Origin: an uncultured Chitinophagales bacterium
GTDB lineage: Bacteria > Bacteroidota > Bacteroidia > Chitinophagales > JADIYW01
Length of the DNA: 64,000 bases
Direction of reading: 5' to 3'
Assembly: GCA_964642875.1 (NCBI GenBank)
Contig: CAZXRF010000008.1
Location: 2,241-66,240 of the forward strand
The notes below the pieces were generated by a model that saw only the letters and a program-made list of their open reading frames with translations, made no database searches and had not been told where the DNA came from. Every line of letters begins with the position of its first letter. Position 1 is the stretch's first letter. The translations under genes and the position numbers were made by a program. Of the stretch, positions 40,857 to 51,161 are shown one piece after another.

Positions 40857-43800
40857 CTATTTTAGTAAAGATACAGCCCCTTTATGTATTCGTTTTGTAT
40901 TATATAAAACATCAAAGTATTCTAAAATCCATACATAGCTATCTACTTCTTGATTTTCATTTTTATAAAACCCATCCCACCCTTCATTAATATCTTGTGT
41001 CGCAAAAACTAATTCCCCCCAACGGTTAAAAATGCTGAACTTAAAATCTCTAAAGTCATCACAGTATCTAAAGACTGATAACTTATCGTTATGTCCATCA
41101 TTATTAGGGGAAAATGCGTCAGGTACAAAAAAATCACAATCACAATTTTTAGGATGTACTACCATCGTATCTGGTTTTGATTTACAATGATTAACGCTAT
41201 TGGTCACCGTTAACACAAAAGTACCTGATGTATCTGTAGTAGGCTGTGCAATATCTTTGTCACTTAGTCCTAAGGATTGCACCCATTGATAATTCATGTT
41301 TGGAATATTTGGTGTACCTATCGTAAGTGTGGTATGTGGGCATCCAAAAGTTAAATCCTCTCCTGCATCTGCAGTTGGTTTTATAGTGTCAATGTCAATC
41401 CGAACATCATCAGTACTTACACAGCCATTTGCAATATTAGTAACAGTAAGAATATATACTCCAGCTTCGCTTATGGTAGGCTGTGCAACAGAACCTATTC
41501 GAATTCTTCCAATTGTTTGCCAATCATACATATATCCGTTTTTTGCTGGAGTACCGATTGTGTAACTTGAAATTTTGCAATTAATTATCTTATCTAACCC
41601 AGCATTTGCAACCGGCTTTACGGTATCTGCTCTTATTGTTATCATATCATTAGAAGTACAACCATTGTTATTATTGGTCACGGTTAATGTATAAGTTCCA
41701 GGTCTTGATACTATCGGCTGTGCTATAGTTGTGTCATTTAATCCTAAAGCTGGAGACCATGAATAACTATTGCCTTCTATTGCAGGTGCACCAATTGTCG
41801 TATTTTTCTTAGTACATGTAATTGTAAAATCTTCTCCAGCTACAGCAGCAGAGGTGGTGATATTTTGCAAAACGATAACTTGAGATGTCGATTTACAACC
41901 GTTTGCTAAATTTGTAACTGTTATCGTATAATTATTCATCATATTTGTGGTTGGTTGTGCAATGTTTGATGCATTCAACCCTAAACTTGGCGACCAAGAA
42001 TAAGTGTTTCCAATAATTGCAGCACTACCGATAGTTACAGATGGGTTTGCACAAGTCAACGTTTTGTTTAATCCTGCATTTGCATAAGGTCTAGTAGTGT
42101 CAGTAGAAACAACAACGGCGCTAGAAGCAGAACAACCATTAGCCAAATTTGTAACGGTAAGCGTATAAGTACCAGCCGAATTAACTGTAGGCTGTGCAAT
42201 ATTATCAAAAGACAGCCCTGCAGACGGCGCCCAAGAATATTTGTTTCCTGCAACAGCAGGAGTTCCAATAATAGCAGAAGGATTTGCGCAAGTCAGAGTA
42301 ATAGGATTTCCGGCATTAGCCGTAGGCGAAGTCATATTTTTAGAAACAACAACAGTGCTAGAAGCAGAACAACCATTAGCCAAATTTGTAACGGTAAGCG
42401 TATAAGTACCAGCCGAATTAACTGTAGGCTGTGCAATATTATCAAAAGACAGCCCTGCAGACGGCGCCCAAGAATATTTGTTTCCTGCAACAGCAGGGGT
42501 TCCAATAATAGCAGAAGGATTTGCACAAGTCAGAGTAATAGGATTTCCGGCATTAGCCGTAGGGATTAGAATATTACCAGTTACTACAACAGAACTTGTT
42601 GCGGTGCAGCCGTTAGAAGTATCAGTAACGGTTAAGAAGTACGTGTTGGGCTTTGTAGCCGTAGGTTGAGCAATATTTGGATTATCTAACCCTATTATAG
42701 GGCTCCATGAATATGAATATCCAGTAATAGCTGGTACTCCTAATATTACTCCACTGCATGTAAGTGTTTTATTGGAACCAGCATTGGCTACAGGAGGAGT
42801 ATTGTTGCTTGTTACAGTGACAGTACTTGTTGCTGTACAATTAGTAGCTGTATTCTTTACTGTTAATATATATACACCGGGTGTATTAGTAGTTGGTTGT
42901 GCAATGTAAGCATTATTTACTTTTGCAGCCGGTGACCATGTGTAGGTATGACCAGGAACAGCGGGTGTTCCGATAGTTACAGTAGGGATAAGGCATCCGA
43001 TAATTTTATTAGCACCAGCATTGGCAATTGGTAATTGATTTATAGTAAAATTCACATTATCTTTTACAGTTACACTAGTTCCATCACAACGAGTATTTAC
43101 TAAGTTTGCCACGAAATTAGTAGTTGATGTAGGACATATAGATGTAGTTAAGATATCATTATTGGAAACAATAATCCCGTTTTGTGTCTAATTGATTGAT
43201 TGCATTATTGCCCCATCAGGCAGAAATCTCCAGCATTGACTATTGATTGATGTAGTAGACGGATTATTGCCAGGAGCAGAATATGCTATATTTCCCGCTG
43301 CATTTTGAATACCAATAATACCACGACCGCCATTCCAATTAGAGCAGACAGGCTTATTAGAAATAATTATATCTATAATATTATAAGCTTCATGTAGTAT
43401 GATTTGAGATGTAAGTAACAAACCATTACAAGAACTACCAAACATAGGTACTCGATTGAAGTTGATAACAAACCTTCTGCATGGGGCAGTTCCTTCTGTA
43501 TAGTAGTTTATACGGTTGGGATTGTAACCGATACTGGGATCTATATCGGTGTACGGACCCATTATGGTATTAGTAGGTTTTGTAGCGTCAGGTATGCCTC
43601 CAGTATATGACCATGGACAATAGGTATTAGCATAGGTAGTATTAAATGAGACCATACCATTTGCACCAATAACTACCTGGTTATAAGTGTTTCCGAAGTA
43701 ACAAAAATTAAACCCTATATTCAGCACATCACTCCATACATCATCTTGGTTAACTATAATGTTTGAACCCGTAGTATTGTAAGTGGGTGAAGGCATAGTT

Positions 43801-44015
43801 AGTAACTGTACTTTATATGAATTTGTTGTACGATTTTCGTGTTGTGGAATAGCAGTTCGCTTTATTGTAGCACATGCGGAACTACAAAACGTCGAATCTA
43901 ATCCTGCATTGATACTATATTCAGGCCTGTCATATGTTATTTGTGCTTTGCTACTTTTTATTCCAGCAAATACTATTAACACTGAAAAAAATAATATTGA
44001 AAATTGCTTTCTCAT
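40857..44015 (-). pseudogene. T9SS type B (gliding-motility CTD) adhesin-like gene interrupted by one in-frame TAG at 43188-43190
   Basis: ORFs 43188..44015 and 40857..43112 share a frame: MQSIN-TAG-TQNGIIVSNNDILTTSICPTSTTNFVANLV; eight ~79-aa PxANAG...C repeats; CTD FFVPDAFSPNNDGHND...IFNRWGELVF. Confidence 0.85.
42104..42563. repeat. Near-perfect tandem duplication, 237-bp period
   Basis: 42104-42326 vs 42341-42563, 4 mismatches in 223 bp by eye. Confidence 0.93.
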
Positions 44016-44308
44016 AAATACAATATGGTCTTTTAATCTTAATGATTAATATTTTTTAATACTGTAAGTTTTAAAATGTAGCTGTTGCTGTATCTTTTGT
44101 TGGGATTATTTAGATACTTCTTGAAACAACTTTATTCCCCTCCATGAATATAAGAAAATTATTTTAAAAAGTTAACTTTTATTAAGAAAATGTGTGTAGT
44201 ATTTAACAAGTAACTATTTTTTCATATTTAACTTATTTGTAATAATATATATACACTGCACGAGTAATATAACAGCTAAATAGATAATATCTTTTATCTT
44301 TGCGCCAC

Positions 44309-44908
44309 ATGGAACCATTGTTAAAAGGAATAATTGCAGGCATCACTATTAGTTTGATGATTGGTCCCATATTTTTAGCTTTGGCAGATATTACAATATC
44401 GAAAGGGTGGAGAAGTGGAATGGCTTATATCGCCGGTATTTTGATAACAGATTTTATATTTATTTATCTGGTAGAAACGATATTTAATCATTTGTCTTTT
44501 GAAGATTTAAAAACACCAATTGCCTTAATTGGAGGTGCTGTTTTAATTTTATTTGGAGTCATCACTTTTATATCTAAAGTAAATTTAAAATCTCCTAATG
44601 TTACTTCTGTAAAAACACTAATAGGCGCATTTTTAAAAGGATTTACCCTCAATTTATTTAATCCATTTGTAGCAATATGGTGGATTACCATGTACACAAC
44701 TATCGCTATCAATTATCCCTCTAGGGTGGATAAAGGGTTGTTTTATGGTGGTATATTGGTAATGGTGTTTTTATTTGATTTAGTGAAAATGAGATTTTCC
44801 TATTATCTAAAACAACATCTCACCGCCGAAAAACTCCAATGGTTGAAAAAAATTGTCGGCGTTTGTTTAATTGGCTTCGGAGTTTTTATGCTTATCAGTA
44901 GTTTTTGA
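44309..44908 (+). CDS. LysE family translocator
   Basis: SLMIGPIFL, KGFTLNLFNP, multiple TM helices; TATCTTTG at 44295-44302 supports ATG 44309. Confidence 0.88.
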   Translation: MEPLLKGIIAGITISLMIGPIFLALADITISKGWRSGMAYIAGILITDFIFIYLVETIFNHLSFEDLKTPIALIGGAVLILFGVITFISKVNLKSPNVTSVKTLIGAFLKGFTLNLFNPFVAIWWITMYTTIAINYPSRVDKGLFYGGILVMVFLFDLVKMRFSYYLKQHLTAEKLQWLKKIVGVCLIGFGVFMLISSF

Positions 44909-44929
44909 AAATAAATAAATGATATAGTA

Positions 44930-45799
44930 TTATTTTTTTTTGCTGACATAATCATCGACTGTCGAAAAACTAAAATCAGAATACTCTGTCATAAATTTTT
45001 TATTCTTCAATCCTCCTTGTAGTGGTCGTGCTGCAGGCGCATTTATCTCTTCCGTTGTCATCGGCATTAATTCATAATCTGCATTTGGAAAATATTTTAA
45101 AATAGTAAGTGCAAGCTGCACCCGATTCATGTAATCGGTACTTGAAATATTATACACTCCATTTTTATTGTCATTCAGTAATAAAAACAAACATCTTGCA
45201 ATATCATGTGCATTAATTGGTGTGGAATATTGGTCGATAGGTAGTTTAAGTTGTAGCTTCTGTTTCGCTTTGATTTGTTCTATAATTCGAGATACAAAAT
45301 TTTTTCCTCGCTCCTCATCTCCATAAACATTGGTAATTCGGATGACGATGTTATTACTAGCTGCAGTGAGCACGGCTTGTTCTGCTTCTAATTTATGTTT
45401 GCCATATACAGATAGTGCATTAGGTTTTACTGTTTCTTCATAAGGACCATCTACGCCATCAAAAATATAATCGGTGGAGATGAATACGAGTTTTGCATTT
45501 AATTCATTTGCTAATGCAATAATATTTTTTGTAGATAAAACCGTTTTGTCATAACTCTCTGCTTCGTGGTGCTCACAATAATCTACATGGGTAAGTGCGC
45601 CGCAGTGCAAGATAACATTGGGCTGAAAGGCACGCACATCGAAGTTTTCGGTATTATTTAAATTTAGAGTATCAAAAAATACGGTGTCTTTTGTAGGATA
45701 GGAAAAATAGGTGCCAACTACTTCCCATTTGTTTTCTTTAAAATATGATAAGCAATTTGAGCCAACCAATCCTGATGCGCCGATAATAAATACTTTCAT
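44930..45799 (-). CDS. RmlD/RfbD-like extended SDR (dTDP-4-dehydrorhamnose reductase family)
   Basis: IIGASGLVG, HCGALTHVD, FISTDYIFDG, YGKHKLEAE. Confidence 0.88.
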   Translation of the reverse strand: MKVFIIGASGLVGSNCLSYFKENKWEVVGTYFSYPTKDTVFFDTLNLNNTENFDVRAFQPNVILHCGALTHVDYCEHHEAESYDKTVLSTKNIIALANELNAKLVFISTDYIFDGVDGPYEETVKPNALSVYGKHKLEAEQAVLTAASNNIVIRITNVYGDEERGKNFVSRIIEQIKAKQKLQLKLPIDQYSTPINAHDIARCLFLLLNDNKNGVYNISSTDYMNRVQLALTILKYFPNADYELMPMTTEEINAPAARPLQGGLKNKKFMTEYSDFSFSTVDDYVSKKK

Positions 45800-45802
45800 G
45801 TT

Positions 45803-46840
45803 TTATAATTTTAAATCACTGAATTTTTTAATCCCTTTAATATAATAACTCCAAATAATACTATGCCCCAAAATGCCATATTTATTTGGTGCTCCAATGG
45901 CGAGCGTGCTTTTCAATAGCTCGTTTTGTTTTCTTTTTTCATCCCATTTTGGAATAGTATTTCTGTAGGCCTCCAATCCGTTTTTTATTGCTTTTGATTC
46001 TTCAAAGTTCCCTTTTGAAAAAACCACCCATGCTGCTAACTTATCTAACCGATTGCGAACAGTATATATTTCTTTAAGTTCTTGCTCCGTTAAGTTTTTG
46101 CGTAATAATTTTCTGTTGTTCCGAAAGTTTAAATACGTTTTTTGAGGATTGCTTTTTTTTAAAGTACCTCCGCCTACATGATATACTTTGCTTTGTGCGC
46201 AATATCCGATTTTATAGCCTAAGTTTTTTAATCTCCAGCAAAGGTCTATTTCTTCCATGTGCGCAAAAAAATCGGCATCAAAACCGCCTACGCTATGAAA
46301 GAGTTTTGCTCTGATAAAAAAACATGCGCCGCTTGCCCAAAATATTTCACCGCTTTCATCATACTGCCCGTTGTCTTCTTCGCAAGTTTCAAAAATTCTA
46401 CCTCTACAAAATGGATAGCCATATTTGTCTATAAATCCGCCGGCAGCTCCTGCATATTCAAATTTATTCCGATCTGTGTAGGATAGGATTTTTGGCTGAC
46501 AAGCAGCAATAGTTTTATCTTGCTCTAAATAAGCAATGGTATTTTCTATCCACAGAGGTGCAACTTCTACATCAGAGTTGAGCAGTACATAATAATCACT
46601 TTCGATATGTTGAAGCGCATCGTTATATCCTCCTGCATAGCCAGTGTTTGCTGTATTTTGTATTATTTTTACTTCGGAGAAATTAGACCTTAGGAATGTA
46701 ATTGAATCATCTGTTGACGCATTATCTGCAACAATTATTTCGGCATTTTCATAAGTGGTATTTTGAAGCACATTGGGTAGGAATTTTTCTAACCAATTCC
46801 TTCCATTATAATTTAATATGACAACGGATACTTTTTTCAA
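45803..46840 (-). CDS. GT2 family glycosyltransferase
   Basis: VVILNYNG, VADNASTDDS, LLNSDVEV, WASGACFF, HMEEIDLCWR. Confidence 0.92.
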   Translation of the reverse strand: MKKVSVVILNYNGRNWLEKFLPNVLQNTTYENAEIIVADNASTDDSITFLRSNFSEVKIIQNTANTGYAGGYNDALQHIESDYYVLLNSDVEVAPLWIENTIAYLEQDKTIAACQPKILSYTDRNKFEYAGAAGGFIDKYGYPFCRGRIFETCEEDNGQYDESGEIFWASGACFFIRAKLFHSVGGFDADFFAHMEEIDLCWRLKNLGYKIGYCAQSKVYHVGGGTLKKSNPQKTYLNFRNNRKLLRKNLTEQELKEIYTVRNRLDKLAAWVVFSKGNFEESKAIKNGLEAYRNTIPKWDEKRKQNELLKSTLAIGAPNKYGILGHSIIWSYYIKGIKKFSDLKL

Positions 46841-46900
46841 TTTTTTTTGTAATTATTCCCAAAGATACAAATAGCTTTTACAATTCGCTTTCTGATTTTT

Positions 46901-47782
46901 TTAATATTTTATTCCAGCTCTCTTCCATCTTCTGTGGCTCCAAAGCCAATATTCGGGTTGCGCTTGTATGTCGTTTTCTAATAATTGTACAAATTGTTCT
47001 GCAATAAAATTTTCCTTTTCTTTTTGTGGCTGCTCTGTAATAGTTTTTAAATGTAATTCATAAAATCCACGATTTATTTTTTGTATGGAGGCATATAAAA
47101 CAATAGCATTTGTGCGCTGCGCCAGTATATCATAACCTTTAAAAAATGGAGTATTGATATGTAAAAACTTTGACCAATACGCATTTTCTATATCTACGGG
47201 AGTTTGGTCGGCTACAAAGGCAACTACCGATGGTTGTTTTTGCAGATTTCCGTAAAGTATTTTTAGTTGATTGGCAGCGATAAGTTTGCATCCAAATCGT
47301 GCTCTGTTTTGTAATAAAAATTTATTAAATGTATTATTTCGAGACGGTGCATATAAGGCATAAGTGGGTAGCTTTGTTTCCAACCCTGCCAACAAAGATG
47401 CCCATTCCCAATTTCCATAATGCCCGAGGACGATGAATATATGTTGCCCACTTTGTTCGTGTTTTTTTAAAAGCGCAAAACTATCATGATGTAGTTGAAT
47501 ATGATTTGCCAAATCTTTTTTAGTAATAGAAATACTCTTTATCGTTTCAAAAATAATATCTGCCAAATGTCGATAGTATTTGCTTCTGATATACCACAAT
47601 TCTTCACTTTTTTTGTGCGGGAAAGCATGGATTAAATTGAGGTCTATAACTGATTTTCGATATGGTAAAATCCGATTAAAAATAAACCCTAAAAAATCAG
47701 ATAAAATGAGTAATACATTAAGTGGAAACCAGGATAAAATCCTTGCTGCTAACCATCCGAAAGTAGTGTATAACCATTGCAC
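46901..47782 (-). CDS. Lipid A late acyltransferase / lysophospholipid acyltransferase family
   Basis: GHYGNWE, FVADQTP, PEYWLWSHRRWK. Confidence 0.9.
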   Translation of the reverse strand: MQWLYTTFGWLAARILSWFPLNVLLILSDFLGFIFNRILPYRKSVIDLNLIHAFPHKKSEELWYIRSKYYRHLADIIFETIKSISITKKDLANHIQLHHDSFALLKKHEQSGQHIFIVLGHYGNWEWASLLAGLETKLPTYALYAPSRNNTFNKFLLQNRARFGCKLIAANQLKILYGNLQKQPSVVAFVADQTPVDIENAYWSKFLHINTPFFKGYDILAQRTNAIVLYASIQKINRGFYELHLKTITEQPQKEKENFIAEQFVQLLENDIQAQPEYWLWSHRRWKRAGIKY

Positions 47783-47857
47783 TTTGTAAAATTAAGAAAT
47801 GTTCGTTGTATCTTGAAATATCAGGAACGTTTTTACTAATTTGGCTATCTTTGAGGT

Positions 47858-48484
47858 ATGAATAAAATTTTGATTGAAGCTCAATATATCGGCACTTGTA
47901 GTTATTGGAATTTATTATTGAAGGCTGATAAAATAATATTAGATGCAGAGGAGCATTTTGAGAAACGCAGTTATAGAAATAGAGCACATATATTAGGTGC
48001 AAACGGTGTTTTGCGCTTGAGCATTCCTTTGGAAAGAGGAAAGCATCAACATTCAAAAATGAAAGATGTAAAGATTTCGTATAATGAACGATGGTATGAT
48101 TTGCATTGGCAAAGCTTTACGTCTGCTTATCGCCGTTCGCCATTTTTTGAATATTATGAAGATAATTTTAAAAAATTCTATGCGCAAAAGTATGAATCAT
48201 TACTGGATTATAATTTTCAATTAATACAAACTATAAGCAAAATTTTAAAAACTGAATTGCCAATAATTTTTGCGGATAAATATTACACTAAAAATGAAAT
48301 TGATGCGATAGATTGTAGAAGTTTTATTTTGCCAAATCAATCGCCTTTAATTATTGCTGAGCAATACACGCAAGTGTTTAGCGACCGATTTTCTTTTGAA
48401 CCCGATTTATGTGTGTTAGATGCGTTGTTTAATTTGGGAAACAGAACGAAAGATTATTTAATGGGCTTGCCACTTAAATCTTGA
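47858..48484 (+). CDS. WbqC family protein
   Basis: KRSYRNR, LSIPL, SAYRRSPFFEYY, YTQVF...DLCVLDALFNLG. Confidence 0.88.
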   Translation: MNKILIEAQYIGTCSYWNLLLKADKIILDAEEHFEKRSYRNRAHILGANGVLRLSIPLERGKHQHSKMKDVKISYNERWYDLHWQSFTSAYRRSPFFEYYEDNFKKFYAQKYESLLDYNFQLIQTISKILKTELPIIFADKYYTKNEIDAIDCRSFILPNQSPLIIAEQYTQVFSDRFSFEPDLCVLDALFNLGNRTKDYLMGLPLKS

Positions 48485-49301
48485 TATCCATTTCTACTTT
48501 CCAAAGTTCTTTGTTTTCTGTTTTATCAAATTCCTTTTTCAGTTTTACATTTATATTCAAATTGGAAATGGAAATATCAGAAACTTCTTTGGCTTTTATG
48601 GTGTAGGATTTATTTTCCGATTGTATATTTTCTATTTTTGTCAACTGTGCATTTTTCAAATTATAGTTGCGTAATTGCATTACTAAATAATTGTACATAC
48701 CTTCTGCTTTGGTGCGCTCTTCTGTTTTTATAAAACTACAATTGTAATAATAATGCCCTTTCCCATTATTTATATAAGTAGATTCATAGGCACCTTTAAT
48801 ATTATAGTTGCAAAATACTTGATTTTTAGTACCAGGTATTTTTGTGGAGTCGATAGAGTTTTTCCCGTTCATTTTTAGTTGCGCAATGGAGTAGGGAATG
48901 GCATCTTTAAAATCTAAATAATGATAATCAGGTACTGCCCACCACGTAGGGTTCATATCGGCAGTTACACGTATTCTTTTAATCTCAAAGGTTTTTTCTA
49001 TGGCATTATAACGTTGAATTTTTAAACTCATAGGTGTACCTACAGTGCCTTGTACAAGTCTTAAAACATCACCATATCCCATTTTATGAATGGGTACTTT
49101 GTCAATTTCCAAAATTAAATCGCCTGGCATTAGTGAATTTGCATTCATGTAGTGATTTAATTCTAAAGATTTTATTTTAAATCGTTGTGCTACGGAATCG
49201 TAAACAGCCTGTCCGCCCACGCCGCCTACTGTATTTGTAGGGAATGCGGAAAAGCTATAAATACTATAAAAACTAAATAGCGTGTATAAAAAAAACTTCA
49301 T
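48474..49301 (-). CDS. Exported PDZ-domain protein
   Basis: Signal peptide; GVGG...LMPGDLILEIDKVPI...GTVGTPMSLKIQR. Confidence 0.72.
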   Translation of the reverse strand: MKFFLYTLFSFYSIYSFSAFPTNTVGGVGGQAVYDSVAQRFKIKSLELNHYMNANSLMPGDLILEIDKVPIHKMGYGDVLRLVQGTVGTPMSLKIQRYNAIEKTFEIKRIRVTADMNPTWWAVPDYHYLDFKDAIPYSIAQLKMNGKNSIDSTKIPGTKNQVFCNYNIKGAYESTYINNGKGHYYYNCSFIKTEERTKAEGMYNYLVMQLRNYNLKNAQLTKIENIQSENKSYTIKAKEVSDISISNLNINVKLKKEFDKTENKELWKVEMDIKI

Positions 49302-49340
49302 TGGATATTATACTGCAAATTTAGTTCCAAAATTCTTTAT

Positions 49341-49370
49341 AAAAAAACCTCCAAATGTTAATTGGAGGCT
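49341..49370 (-). terminator. Intrinsic terminator of the carboxylase/ACAD operon
   Basis: CCTCCAA / TTGGAGG stem plus A7 (U7 on the minus strand). Confidence 0.75.
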
Positions 49371-49400
49371 TCGCTATGCTTTTTAATAAATATTTATGAA

Positions 49401-50921
49401 TTATAATTTTTTAAATAATCCTCCAAATTCCATCATTTTCATTAAATCCGATACTTTTATTTTTCCAGTCATAAAGGCTTCTTGAGGATTGAGTTTGCCC
49501 GTTTCTACGGCAATGTAAGTTCCTGAATCAGTTGATACAATAATGTCTACAGTCGACGGTTGACTGTCTACAGTCAACAAAGTGAGTTCTCCGTCTTTTA
49601 TTTGAACTAAACGATTCTTTTCATCTTCAATTTCAAACAACACACTCAATTCTTTTCCTTTTGCCTTTTCAGCTTTAAATCTTGCTGGCAAAGTTTTAAA
49701 AATTGACTCTACTGTATGTTCTACTGTGGTCTGTTGACTGTTGTCTGATTGCGGTTTCCCGTAAGAAACATCATCAATAATCATCTTCGCTAAGATTTCT
49801 CGCATAATTTCCGATGTTCCACCACCAATAGTTCCAATTCTGGAATCTCTGAAGGCACGTGCTATTTTGTATTCTTCCATATAACCATAGCCCCCAAATA
49901 CTTGTAGTATTTGATAGGCACATTTGTCCGCTAATTCAGATGCCAGTAATTTTGAAATGGAACTTTCTTTCACCGCATATTTTCCGTCATTGTGCATACG
50001 ACAGGTTTGTAAAACAAAAAATTTCGTGGCTTCGGTTTCGGCTGCTAACTGCGCCACTTTATGTCGTAGTACTTGAAATTTATTAATTGGCCGTCCAAAT
50101 GCCTGTCGTTGGCTCATGTATTCTAATCCGTATTGTATCATGCCTTCGCACGCAGCATAGCCCATGATAGAGCCTGCTAAACGTTCTAATTGCAATCCGC
50201 CCATTAAATAATAAAACCCTTTTCCTTCTTCACCTAATAAATTTTTTGCAGGTACTTTTACATTGTCAAAATGCAACTCCGCAGTATCGGAAGCATGCCA
50301 GCCTAATTTTTTTAATTTTGTTTTGGAGATACCTTCGCTGTTTAAATCTACTACTAATAAACTAACACCTGCTGCACCTGCACTTGGATTAGTTTTACAA
50401 ACCAAGATTACAAAATGACCGTAAACACCATTGGTGATAAAGGTTTTAGAACCATTGACAATATAGTAATCGCCATCTTTTATAGCACGGGTTTGTATAT
50501 TGGCAACATCGCTACCTGCGCCTGGTTCTGTGATGCCGATACAACCAATCTTTTCTCCTGCAACGGCTGCTTTGAAAAATGTTTCTTTTAAATATTCACT
50601 TCCGTGATGCAAAATATACGGACTGCTCATGCACACCTGCACGGCTGCGGTGATGGCAAATCCGCCGGAGAATATTTTTGATACTTCTTCTAACATAATA
50701 ACGGTATAAAAGAAGTCGAGGTTACTGCCGCCGTATTGTTCTGGAAAGCTGAGGCCGAAGTAGCCCATTTCGCCAAATTTTTTCCAAAATTCACGAGGAA
50801 TTTTTCCATCTAATTCCCATTGGTCAATGTGTGGAAGTGCTTCTACTCTTAAAAAATCTTGAATGGATTTTCTGAACATTTCATGTTCTTCTGTAAAGTA
50901 ATAAGATAGTGCTGTGCTCAT
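49401..50921 (-). CDS. Acyl-CoA dehydrogenase (AtuD/FadE13-like) fused to a C-terminal SCP2 domain
   Basis: GITEPGAGSDVA, NGSKTFITNG, LQVFGGYGY, TIGGGTSEIM; tail IAVETGKLNPQEAFMTGKIKVS. Confidence 0.92.
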   Translation of the reverse strand: MSTALSYYFTEEHEMFRKSIQDFLRVEALPHIDQWELDGKIPREFWKKFGEMGYFGLSFPEQYGGSNLDFFYTVIMLEEVSKIFSGGFAITAAVQVCMSSPYILHHGSEYLKETFFKAAVAGEKIGCIGITEPGAGSDVANIQTRAIKDGDYYIVNGSKTFITNGVYGHFVILVCKTNPSAGAAGVSLLVVDLNSEGISKTKLKKLGWHASDTAELHFDNVKVPAKNLLGEEGKGFYYLMGGLQLERLAGSIMGYAACEGMIQYGLEYMSQRQAFGRPINKFQVLRHKVAQLAAETEATKFFVLQTCRMHNDGKYAVKESSISKLLASELADKCAYQILQVFGGYGYMEEYKIARAFRDSRIGTIGGGTSEIMREILAKMIIDDVSYGKPQSDNSQQTTVEHTVESIFKTLPARFKAEKAKGKELSVLFEIEDEKNRLVQIKDGELTLLTVDSQPSTVDIIVSTDSGTYIAVETGKLNPQEAFMTGKIKVSDLMKMMEFGGLFKKL

Positions 50922-50949
50922 TTTATTTGTTTTTTTAATTTTATTTTTT

Positions 50950-51036
50950 ACCGCAAAGTTTTTTAAGTTTTTTTCGCAAAGTCAGCGAAGTTATTTCTTT
51001 GATAACTCTGCGTAACTTCCTTGTGCTCTTTGCGGT
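50950..51036. repeat. Extragenic nested-hairpin element, copy 1 (empty)
   Basis: ACCGCAAAG...TCGCAAAG...AGTTAT-loop-ATAACT...CTCTGCG...CTTTGCGGT. Confidence 0.9.
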
Positions 51037-51070
51037 TTAATTATATATTTGTTTTTTAATTTTATTTTTT

Positions 51071-51156
51071 ACCGCAAAGTATTTTAAGTTTTTTTGCAAA
51101 GTCAGCGAAGTTATTTCTTTGATAACTCTACGTAACTTCCTTGTGCTCTTTGCGGT
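51071..51156. repeat. Extragenic nested-hairpin element, copy 2 (tandem duplicate of copy 1)
   Basis: Near-identical to 50950-51036 at a ~121-bp period, including the T-rich left flank. Confidence 0.9.
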
Positions 51157-51161
51157 TCTTA

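Noticed and set aside
43188-43190. Genome-wide TAG reassignment or pyrrolysine
   Set aside because: TAG ends folB, tsaE, the SCP2 gene, the DUF4105 gene and the mutase subunit at plausible C-termini; only one interrupted gene was seen and no pyl genes are present.
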